64,000 nucleotides of DNA from contig MU058451.1 of NCBI GenBank assembly GCA_013265495.1, forward strand, positions 1,402,167 through 1,466,166, given 5' to 3'. Source of the stretch: Vicugna vicugna (taxonomy: Eukaryota). Shown piece after piece: positions 1-9,900 of the stretch. Both the position numbers and the translations under genes were made by a program. A model generated the notes under the pieces. It ran no database searches. It had not been told where the DNA came from and worked only from the letters and a program-made list of their open reading frames with translations. Numbering within the stretch: the stretch's first letter is position 1; each line of letters opens with the position of its first letter.

Positions 1-1049
1 AATACTGCTTCGGCCCCTCAAAAAGCCCCCTAAAGAGTATTTTTCAATTTACTCATTTGATTTGTCATTCAGTACTTTTACATTATATTTCTTAAAATTT
101 TTTCCCTCAACTTTTCTTTCAGAGTTGTAGAATCAAATGGAAATAACCCTAAAGACAATCTTACTTCTCTTTCTTTTTAATTCCCTCATTTCCCCAGCCC
201 CAGCTGCTGTTTCTCCAACCCAAATCCCTAAAGGAAAATGATGAAGCCAAAAAAGAAGAAAGGAAAGTCTGGGGATGCTTTTCTACCACTTTGAGCACAC
301 GGTAGTTACAATAGTCAGTAGTCGCGGTTGATCAAGGAAGGACCGGTTTAAGCTGCTTCAGGCTTCTCCCAACAGCATCCCTTGCCCAGAAGCTTGAGCA
401 ATTTATACTGAATCATTGGGACTTACTAGAAATTGGCCTCTCTGTTTCTTCTCTTTTTGTAAAATAACAATTCTTGACATTGATTTTTTACGGAAACCAC
501 GAAGTAAAACATTCTTGAGAAAATGTTGTTTATTCTCTGTAAATTGTCGGATTATCAAGTGCAATAAAAAATGAATTTGCAGAGTACAACACTGTGGGTC
601 TGTGAGTCAGCAAACAGTACCATCTGAATGGGTGTGGGAGGCAGAATAAGGGGCAGAAAATCTGTGAGTTTGCCGTTGAAGTGTCCTGAAAGAATATAAT
701 AGTATTGTAATAGTAACACATATTTAAAATATTTTCTTTGGCTTATGAAAATGTGCCCTAATATTTCCTTGTTTATTCAAATGCTTTTTCTTATCTGTAT
801 TTGCTACAAATATAGCTTTTCTTTTCTTTCCTTTTTTCTTTTCTTTTCCTTCCTTTTCTCTTTGCTCTTCTTTTCTGTTTCTGCGCTGGTGGGGCACTAC
901 TCTCACTGTTTTCATCCAGGCATCTCAAAACAGGACCCTGTCTGAAAGACTGGAGTGTCCCTCTCAGCCAAAGCCTCCCCTCCCTTTTCTCATAGTAGTC
1001 AGTCAGCATTTAGGGCGCTGCTCACTGCCTTAGAAGAGTTGCTGAAATA

Positions 1050-1195
1050 CTGTTATCACATTTATTCCTGATGACAGTCTCCTGAGGCTGGCACTGTTAT
1101 TATCCCATTTTGTAGATGAGGAAACTGAGGTTGAGAGGGGTCCCTAGTCTGTGGGGTGGCAGAGCTTGGATTTCAAGTAGGGGTCTTCAGACATA
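1050..1195. mobile_element. MIR SINE fragment
   Basis: MIR core ATTATCCCATTTTGTAGATGAGGAAACTGAGG...GGCAGAGCTTGGATTTCAA. Confidence 0.8.
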
Positions 1196-2369
1196 CAGGT
1201 TCACCTTCACAAGATGCCTAAACTACGATGCCTCCTTCCCGTGAAAAGGACCTCCTTGGCTGGAAGCTTTGGAAAAGACCTTGACTAAGAGCTGGCTTCA
1301 GCCGACACCCTTCCTCTAGGCACCCAGAACTTATGACCAGCCAAAGTGCCTTTAACCACCACGGTAAGGTTTCCTGTCGCTAGTTACTCCCCGGGTTTCT
1401 TTTACCAGAGAGCCAGATGCCACAGAAACCAAGTAACTAGACCCCCAGACTCCTACCCTGAAGACTGGACCTGCAGGCTGGATCCCCACTGAGCATGAAC
1501 AAAAGCCCAAGAAAATGGTGCCAGAAAGCAGTTCTCCAGAGTTTTGGTTTGGTTTAATTCAAAACAGGAAATCACGTTCCCTCACCTCCCTCTCACCTCC
1601 TAAACTCCAGCTGTATTTTCTCTCTCTGGTCAAGAAAACTGCCTTTCAATTTTATAAAATAACAGACACACCTCAAATTGGACAGTTGTTTAGGTAGTTT
1701 TTCCCCTTCACACTTTTCTACATTTTCTTAATGTTCTACAAAGAGAATGCTCCTTTAAAAAAAAAGAAAAGACCTGCTTTTAAAACACCGTGTCATGGGC
1801 TTCCTAAGTCATTACTTCCTGTGAAAACTGCAGTGGGAATGGAAGAAAATAACAAGGAAGATGAGGTGGTTACGTCAAAAGCTCTATATAAGAATTATTT
1901 GAAAAAAAGAAAAGCGCTACAAATTGGCACCTTGTATTATGGTTTTATTCTGTCATTTGGACCTGAGACCCATCCCCTACTCTGGGTGTGTGGGCTTGAA
2001 CTACCCAATTGTAGGCACTGGGGTGTGCTTAATAGGTTGATGAAAGTGTCCAATATATGTACGTGTGCGTGTGTGTGTGTAAGGAAGAAAGAAGTGCATC
2101 TATATGCCTTTGAAGAGTGTATACCTTTCAACCTGGCCCTGACCCCAAAAGACTCTTGGGGCCTAACAAGCCTCCAGTGTTTGCCTTCCAGTAGCCCTTG
2201 CCTTGAGAAGAAGAATCAGAACCATAGAAATTAATGAGAGTTACCTGCGGAAAAGCGCCCTTCTGCTGACAGCGACCCAATCCCTGCCTAGAGACAAGAG
2301 GGCACCTTCAAGTGAATTCCCAGGCCAAGCTCGCTCAAGAGCAACAAAGACCACACTCTGGTGCCCCAA

Positions 2370-3460
2370 GGGTTTTCACAACGCGTTTTATTATTCATAA
2401 AAAAATAAATTTATTTACATCTGCTAATTATGGTAGTGCAGCCTGGGGCAGCGACGCGGTCCCCTTGAGCAGGTCGCTAGGTACCGAACAGCCTCCGCGG
2501 TCCAGCCAGAGGTCCTGCCACGGAGGAAAACGTGGGCGGCGCCGGGAGGCAGAGTTGGAGGGGGCGGCCACCTGAGCTTGGAGATGGGAGGCCAGGCGGG
2601 GACGGTCAGGAGTTGCAGGGGGAGGTGGGGTGAGTGGGCTGCAAGTAGGTGTGGGAGGAGGGAGTAGAGAGAGGCCCCGAAGGAGGCCCAGCTAGGTTGG
2701 TGGTGGAAGGCCTGTGGGAGGTTCGAGCCTAGAAGGGGAGGAGGGTAGACGGGAGCCCGGTTAGGAAGAGAGGGGAGCCTGCGGGGAGTGAAGGCTTCGC
2801 CATACCGGAGGCCGAACTGCTGGGACGCTCCCGGGAAAACCCAGCGGGGTTTGGTCTCTGAAAGCGCGCCTCCCCCTCTCCCCGCACCGAGAGGGCACCG
2901 TCCGTCCCGCAGCGGGGAGCTGACCTGTAGGGTACAAACCTGGGCCAGGTGTGCCACACTCCTCTCTTTGCAACTGAAGAGCGTGCCCCGATGTAGGTCT
3001 TAAGTGAAGACCTCTGCTTTTAAAGCCGACCATGGAGAGCGCGTTCTAACCACTGCCTAACCGTGAGGGCCTGGCCTGTGCAGAGTCGTGCCACCACAGA
3101 TGTGTATCTGGCTTAGCTTGCAAACTAACCCTTGGGCGGCTGGCCTGGGCTCAGACTGCAGCGCCGGGGTTAGTCTACACTGCTAAAAGCCCAGGTTGGA
3201 TCTGCGTCCGCGCGTAAAGCGTCCTCGCCCGGACGCGTGGCAGCCTAGCGATCCGCGCCCTGTGATGACAGCTGCGCCGCCGACCCTCAGGCTCTGCCCC
3301 CAACGCCCGCCACCTGTTGAGTTCACAGTTCCGGGGTGGGGGAGTCTAGGAGAATCCAATGGAACTTCCCATTTCTGGGGTTTCTCACGCGGTCTCGCTT
3401 CTCTCCTTGGCCCCCAAACACAGGCGCTTAAGCAATAATCCCGTCGAGTTGGAGCTCCTT
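2370..3460 (-). other. MSC: MSC 3' UTR (~1.1 kb, end approximate)
   Basis: Runs from the stop codon to minus-strand AATAAA hexamers at 2415-2410 and 2392-2387. Confidence 0.75.
2387..2415 (-). terminator. MSC polyadenylation signals (two AATAAA)
   Basis: TTTATT on the + strand at 2387-2392 and 2410-2415, in an AU-rich patch at the end of a GC-rich UTR. Confidence 0.75.
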
Positions 3461-3620
3461 CTAAGCGGTGGTCCCACATAATCTGTTAACTGCGGCAACT
3501 TCTTTGGTGTCAGAGTCGGGTCGTCCCGAGACCACAAAAGGCCAAGTCTGTAAAATCAAAAAGAGCGTTAGATACTGTGGGAGAAACAACCGTTTCAAAC
3601 CGAAACCGCTCTCCAAAATG
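2440..3620. promoter_or_regulatory. CpG-rich segment over MSC exon 2 and 3' UTR
   Basis: Many retained CpGs, e.g. 3205-3310 and 2440-2560. Confidence 0.65.
3461..3547 (-). CDS. MSC: Musculin coding exon 2 (28 aa + TAG)
   Basis: Acceptor TTTTTGATTTTACAG| at 3548-3550. Translation [28 protein letters not shown] matches the conserved MSC C-terminus. The intron is 3548-4442 (895 nt, GT-AG). Confidence 0.97.
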   Translation of the reverse strand, partial: TWPFVVSGRPDSDTKEVAAVNRLCGTTA

Positions 3621-3820
3621 AACCCTGGAATATCCCTGGCTTTGAGTAGATCTGAATTTGTCAATATTCTGGGAATCTGCGTGTTTTCTCTCTAAACTAA
3701 GACTTCAATTTTACTGGAGTTTGATAACGTGAGACGTGAGGTGTCTGTCCATGCTGCCCTCACGATGATTCGGCGAAACTTGCATGAATTAGGGATTTTG
3801 CCGCTTAATTTTCTTCTCCT

Positions 3821-3822
<2 letters not shown>

Positions 3823-3868
<46 letters not shown>
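3823..3868. repeat. (AC)23 microsatellite in the MSC intron
   Basis: Perfect AC repeat seen directly. Confidence 0.97.
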
Positions 3869-3870
<2 letters not shown>

Positions 3871-4442
3871 AGCCATTCGCTCCAAGTAGGAACTAGGATA
3901 TGATCTTTCTCAAGCCCAGAGTGTTGGCAAGTCGGAGAGGGACTTTCCAGACAAATCCCGTTTGGGGAAACCTCTGCTGTTCTTCAAGAACTGAAAAATC
4001 CAAAGTCTTTTTAAAAAGAGCTCGGCCTTTGCTCCTTCCTTTCAGAAAGTAGAGCTCGTTGATTCAAACCTGTCACACTCAGCTGGAAACAGTTAGGGAA
4101 GGGCGATTTGCCATGCAATCTGCAACGGGGTAACGGACTCAGATGGAACCTAGATTCACCCCGGAAGTAGGATTTTAACCAATAGCTGTCACTGGGCAAA
4201 GCACCACGTACAATGGTCAGAATGATGCAAACCCAGAAGGATGGATGGTTCTCCTCCAGGAAAACCGCTGGCATCTCCTATGATTTGGGAGAAACTAAAC
4301 TGGTCTCCTCACCACCCAGTCCGGACTCCACCCGCCATCCCTCTTCAGGGTTCCTCCCGTCCACTAGACTCTGCCCGGTGCCCGGGAGCGCGCTGGGCAT
4401 CTCTGGGCCGCTCGCCCCGGGCCTCGCGCGCGGCGCCCCTAC

Positions 4443-4952
4443 CAGGTTCACCGGGTGCACGTAGCTGTTCTCGTAGCGGTCCTCCTGCAGCAGCTGCCGC
4501 AGGTGCGCGATGTAACTGGAAGCCAGCCGGAGCGTGTCCAGCTTGGAAAGCTTGGTGTCGGGGGGCACCCAGGGCAGGCTGGTCTTGAGTCGGGAGAAGG
4601 CTTTGCTCAGCACGCGCATCCGGGCGCGCTCGCGGGCGTTGGCCGCGTTCCTCTGCGACTGCTTGCACTCGGCGGCCGAGCCCTTGGGCGGGAGGGGCTT
4701 CTTGCCGCCGCCGCCCCCCGCCACCCGAGGCCGCTTCCTCTTGCAGCCTCCCGCGCCGCGGGCCGCTCCCAGGGCACAGCGCTCCTCCTCGCCGTCGGGG
4801 TCTTCCTCCTCCGCAGAAGAGTTGTCACTGGGCGAGATGTAGCTGCGCTCGGCGCCGCGGAGGGGCGGCCTCTTGGAGGCGGGGACCGGGTACCCCCGCT
4901 GCAGACCCCGCAGCTCCATCTCCTCGGGGTCGCTCACCGAGCCGGTGGACAT
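4443..4952 (-). CDS. MSC: Musculin (MyoR/ABF-1) coding exon 1, 170 codons, including the bHLH domain
   Basis: ATG at 4952-4950 (ACAGCG-ATG, G at -3). Translation [18 protein letters not shown]...[74 protein letters not shown] is the musculin N-terminus and TCF21/MSC-class bHLH. Phase-0 donor CTG|GTAGGG at 4442. Confidence 0.98.
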
Positions 4953-5164
4953 CGCTGTGTCCCCCACGCCCCCGCCTTCCTCCTCCAGGCCAGCCTCGCG
5001 GTCTCCGCCTTCCGCTCCCTTGCGGAGGCGGGGGGACAGGCTGAACTCCCTTGAGCTCTAGATACCGCGGCCGGGAAGCGCGGAGCCCCGCCGCTGCCCC
5101 GGGAGAGCGCGGCCGAGAAGTCAGCGCCCTGGCCCCGGCTCGGCGCTCACAACCGCGCGCTGCG

Positions 5165-5330
5165 CCTTTTGACAGGTCTATTTATCCGTACTGCTCGGAG
5201 CAAACCACCCCAGGCAAAGAACAGGGGGTTGGAAAGGGGGGCAAGAGGTGGGGCGGGGGCGTGGAAAGGGTGGGGACCGCTTTTCTGAGTGCAGAGGATC
5301 TGCTGGTGGGGCGGGGAAGGGGAAGTCTCT
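5165..5330 (-). promoter_or_regulatory. MSC core promoter: TATA-like element, TGACAG (TALE-homeodomain type) site and GC boxes
   Basis: Minus-strand GGATAAATAG, with the ATAAATAG core at 5185-5178. TGACAG at 5170-5175. GGGGCGGGG Sp1-type boxes near 5250 and 5308. About 230 nt upstream of the ATG. The TSS near 5150 is inferred. Confidence 0.6.
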
Positions 5331-6092
5331 GCTGAGCAGAGATTTGGGCCCCTGGGCCGCACCGACGGGTCACTGCGAGACAAGTGTGCGTAAAGTGAGT
5401 GGAGGAGGGACCTTCGTTCCCACCCACTTCCCTCCCCACTCATCTTAGCGATGGCTAAGATTGCCGGACACTTGAAAACCCTAGGATCGCGACCTTTGCT
5501 TCTGTCCCAAGTTTTTTCCATCAGAACTGTATTTTCCAAGTTCATCACTCATAATGTATGACTGCCAATCCAAGCCTGGCCCGACGAAAGAGTAAAAGCT
5601 AAACAAGCAAACAACACCGAACTATCCGCAAGTTACCTCTCATTTTCCTGCCCTCTTTTCCTTTAACGTCGATAAATGATTTACACAACTTTCATCTACA
5701 TTGGTCCCTTTTATATTCAAACATCTGTGATTTAAATGTTATTGTCTCCGCTTTGCAGAACTCGGAGCTAAGCCTCAGACGTAGATATTAAGGACCGCAA
5801 ATCAATAGGCTGGTAAATAGGATATGGAGTCAAAATCCATGTGTAGAATCCCTGGCCCCTCAGTATTCCAGTCGCTACACCCCTCCTGGCCACACAGCAC
5901 AGGATGCTGTATCTGCTGTTTTCTGCTGTCTTGAGAGTTCCTTGCGTCAATTTTGTTTTTAATACCACAGTGCGTAAGACAGAGGAGGCTACCCCAGCTC
6001 TTCGGGTTATAGTCTAGGGAATGGACTACTATTTTAGATGGTGTGTTGAAGAGAGCGCTCCTGGATGCTAAGTCAGCACAATCGTCCAAAGT

Positions 6093-6129
6093 AAAAACAA
6101 AACAAAACAAAACAAAACAAAACAAAAAC
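6093..6129. repeat. (AAAAC)n pentanucleotide repeat
   Basis: Seen directly. Confidence 0.9.
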
Positions 6130-7964
6130 GTCAAAACAGCACCCAGATGTATGCTCCTCCCCTCAAAGGAGACAAAACACAACTGCGGTCTCATCATTTT
6201 CTAACTCGAGACGCGTTTGCAAAACGTGGCCTAGGGATGTGTACTTCATTTTGGAAGCGGACACCAATGGCCAGCTATACTGAATGCCTGCTGTGTGTGC
6301 CAGGCACCGCTCCAGGCGCCATGCGACTGCCCATCGAGTAACTAAAACACACAAAAGTAAAACAACAAAATAAAGCTCTATGAAGTCGGGGTTTAGTTAG
6401 TTACTCCGTTTTACACTGAGAAAATTGAATCTTCACATGCAAATTAGGTATTTACCTGTCCTTCTCTTAAGAGCCCACAGTTTCCCAAGCTGAGTGAAGC
6501 TTAAGGAGACAGATGTGCAGGCAGCCCGGGACGGATTGGGCAGAAGCCGCCGGGCCAGCCTCCCTCTGCTGCCTCCTCCAGCAGAACAAATGCTCCCGGC
6601 TCCCTGCCTGAAGTGCAGCAACAGGTGGCTGGCCCGGGCTGACTTCATCACTCAGGCATCATTCCACCTTCGTCTCCTGTGGGGATGTTTCGCCAAACCC
6701 CTCCAGTTCGCCCCCGTTTGCAGAGGTTTTCTCGCCGTATATTTTGTCATTTTGTTGGGGGGGGGGGGGTCGTGGTGGTGAGGAGGGAGGGAAACTGGGG
6801 GAGAGGTTCCTTTGGGAGCAGTTAAGTGAAAAGATCCCTTGCTCTCGGTTCTCTCTGGGCTGGGAACACCCAGGGAGTACTAGACAGAGCAGAGAAATCC
6901 TTCCTGGGACGCCTGAGCTTGAACTTGACTCTAGTGTGACAGGCGAAGGAGAAAAGTAAAAAGAGAAGGGGGAGCAAAAAGATGTAAAGGGGAGATCTCG
7001 GGCAGCTTTCTGCATCACCTATTGATGACTTGAAGCTATCAGTATAAATACAGAGTCTCACACATTAGAGGCAGGCATATAGGTTTTGAAAATCTGGATT
7101 GTTTATACAGGTGCAGAACAAAGTCTTTCTTTAGAAAAGATTAATGGCAGAGAGAGCGCTAGATTTTCTCTAAACAGTCGCAAAAACTGTACCCAGCCTC
7201 AACGCGAGGCGGGTCATGGCCAGTTTCTTTTCCTTGAAGCAACTGCCTGACCCCAAGGATCCGTTCTTTTTTTTCCCCTATAGCTCTTTCCTTTGCTTTC
7301 CCTTCTTTTTTTCCCTCTTCTTTCTCCCTTCCTCCCTCCCTCCCGTCCCTCTCTCCCTTCCCCCCTTTCTCCCTCTGATCTCTTTAAAGAAAGACACCTA
7401 TTTTCTCTTTTTTTCATTTCCCCTTCCCTCCATTTCTTCTAGTTATATTTCCATCGTTTCTTCTCTTTTTTTCGAGTTGCAGACTCCTAATGAAATTAAG
7501 AAATGTATCTTCATATACATTTCCTGTTTGTATATAACTGAAGTTTGCTTTTAACACGTTTGTAATGATATCTGACTCTTGTCACCACTTCACACTTTCA
7601 AAATGCTTTTACTTTTCCTTCTCTCTCAGTGGCTCCAAAAACCTCATGAGCTGAATAACGCAAGTAGAATTCTTTTGAAAACCCAGTTGTTTTAATTGTT
7701 TGGGCTAGTTACCACACATTGCAGGTGAATAATAAAACTTTCGCTTTTGTATTTTAAAAAAGCACATTGAAGCCAATTCCTACCTGCTCATGCTTTACAA
7801 CCTTTTAGATGTGAAACATGAATACACAGTTGCTTATGGTATGTATTGATGATTTTGAAATTAGTCAAGATATTCTTTTTAAGAATGCAATGGGAAGTGG
7901 GGTTAAAGTTATCTTATCAGATATTAATACATTTAATAATAATTCATACATTAATAATTCTGGC

Positions 7965-8140
7965 TGTTCTGCTTATTAGCTGTATGACCTTGGGCAATTT
8001 ACTTTTCCTGAGGCTCAGATTACTAATCTACAATATGAAATATCTATTTTGTTGTGAGGAAGGGAAGTATATAACCAATTGCCTGGGCCACAGCCCGATG
8101 CATGGGAGAAAATCAATAAATGCTAGTTATTTTTATTACT
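7965..8140. mobile_element. MIR SINE fragment
   Basis: CTTATTAGCTGTATGACCTTGGGCAATTTACTT...CTCAG MIR core, ending ...AATCAATAAATGCTAGTTATT. Confidence 0.7.
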
Positions 8141-8904
8141 ATGAATTGCCTTCTCAACATCACACATTTACGAAGTGTCAGGGCCCAGAACTGACCCAGA
8201 GTTTGTATATCAGGCCTTGTTCTAGGCTTCAGAGGGCACCAGATGTTTCATTTGCTTTGACTACAGGTTTCTAGGGTCTGAAGTGCAAGGTCCCATAGCC
8301 CAACATTTTCCATAGATCTCATAAGAGACTTTACTGAGGGAAAATGGATGGAACTACATTAGAGTCTTTCTCCAAGTTTTCTCACCATGAAAGTCATAGC
8401 ACTTCTCCAAGGTTCATTTTCCCTATCTGAAAACTGGGATAAATTGCCTACATCAGAGTTACTGACAGGATTAAATGAGAGTGTGGAGAAGCAGCATGCT
8501 ACATGTAACACAGAAAAGGTGCATAATTTACTAAAATATTAAAAAATGCAGACTTTGGTTTTCTAAAAAGAGAGAATGAGGTGGACAATAATCAGAGACT
8601 ATAGAAAAAAGCCATTTAATGCCACTCGCCCACCAGAAGTACATACTAGGTAAGGACGTCTGACGTTGGGAAAGTCAAGTACCTTCAGAATTTTTTGTGG
8701 GGGGGCTGTGTCTATACTCTGTGAACACAAGTCAAAGCTTGTAGTAAGTAGGTGTTTAAGAAATGGTTGTTGGTGGGAATGCATTTGAATGGATACAGTC
8801 CTCCCCACATGACTTTCCTAGTGGTGTCCCCAGAGCCTCCTGATGTTCTGGGTTGTCCAGTTGGCCGAAGAAACTGCCCATACCTTGATCTAGAAAAATA
8901 GTCT

Positions 8905-9200
8905 AGATCAGCACTGGCCACCATGGAAGCCACCAGCCATATGAGGAAATTGAGCACTTGGCATGTGGCTAGGGTGTACAGCATTGTAAAATACACATCA
9001 GATATTGAAGACAATATGAGGAGAAGAATGTAAAATATCTCATTGATTTAAGAAAATATGACAAGGATAATACTTTGGATATACTGGGTTAAAGGAGGCA
9101 TATTATTAGAAATAATTTTACCATTTCTTTTTACTTTTATAAAATTCCTAGAAACTTAGAATTACAGATGTGGCTCACATTATTTATTTCTATTGGATAA
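8905..9200. mobile_element. hAT-Charlie MITE, MER33/MER3-like
   Basis: AGCCACCAGCCATATG...AGCACTTGGCATGTGGCTAG...GTAAAATATCTCATT...TGTGGCTCACATTATTTATTTCTATTGGA resembles the remembered MER33 consensus. Confidence 0.7.
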
Positions 9201-9479
9201 TTCGGGGATAAATGCTGCAAATGTGCATTGGGTGTCTACTCCTTGCCGTGGCAGGTGTTGGTGAGACCAACTTCCGCCCACTCAGAAGGCATTCTCGTGG
9301 GAAAAAACACCATAATGCGGGAAGCACACATGGCAACACGTTTCCTCTTACTAACCCTGCGCTCTGCCTGCACCATTTCACGTGTACCCAACTACTCGAA
9401 TCTGCAACCCCAGAACATGCTGACAAACGCTTCTGGTTGGCTTGGATTTCTGCAGCCTGCGGAACCGAGAAAACTATCA

Positions 9480-9900
9480 AAGAGGCGCTGGGCTACGTTC
9501 CCCAGGAAGGACCGGCCGCCCTGTAGACACCAGCCAGGGCTCCAGGGCCCAGGTCGTGGGCCTTTTCACGGCAGCGCCGGGTACAGAGTGCGATGCCCGG
9601 GCCTGGGAACTGGAGGTTCCGGCGCAGGCGCCGCGCAGGTCACGTGGTGTGCAGGTCCCAGGACGGGGGGGGGGGGGCCGCAGGTAGGTGTGCAGGTCAC
9701 ACGGCGGGGGGCGGGGCGGGGAGGTCACGTGGGGTGCGCAAGGTCCGGCCGGCCATGTTTCTTCGTCTCCCCGAAGCCTGGGGCCGCCTTCGCTCCTGGG
9801 TTCGCGCGGGGTGTCTCCACGCTCCCTGACCGGGAGAGAAGGGAACTTCTGGCACTTGGATCCTGCTAGTCACGCGCCTGTGGGAACAGTGGAACTGGGA
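9480..9900. promoter_or_regulatory. Orphan CpG island with repeated GGTCACGTGG E-boxes and GC boxes; candidate + strand promoter
   Basis: CpG-dense. CACGTG at 9641-9646 and 9726-9731, both in GGTCACGTGG context. Degenerate GCAGGTCACACGG at 9692-9704. GGGGCGGGGCGGG near 9708-9720. Confidence 0.7.

Larger units (their letters stand above)
4340..5490. promoter_or_regulatory. CpG island over MSC exon 1 and promoter
   Basis: Very high GC and dense CpG dinucleotides by inspection. Confidence 0.9.

Noticed and set aside
4278..4442. Read-through C-terminal extension of the 229-aa MSC ORF (VGAPRARPG...)
   Set aside because: It is intron sequence after the canonical GT donor; the conserved C-terminus is encoded by exon 2.
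4953..4967. Upstream in-frame GTG start (MGDTA extension)
   Set aside because: Non-ATG start from the ORF caller. The conserved protein begins at MSTGS, whose ATG has an adequate Kozak context.
4455..5054. 199-aa ORF antisense to MSC exon 1
   Set aside because: Shadow ORF caused by GC-rich codon usage on the opposite strand; no recognisable homology.
9228..9869. 213-aa + strand ORF across the orphan CpG island
   Set aside because: Low-complexity Gly/Ala/Arg composition expected from GC-rich DNA, an alternative start codon and no domain signal.
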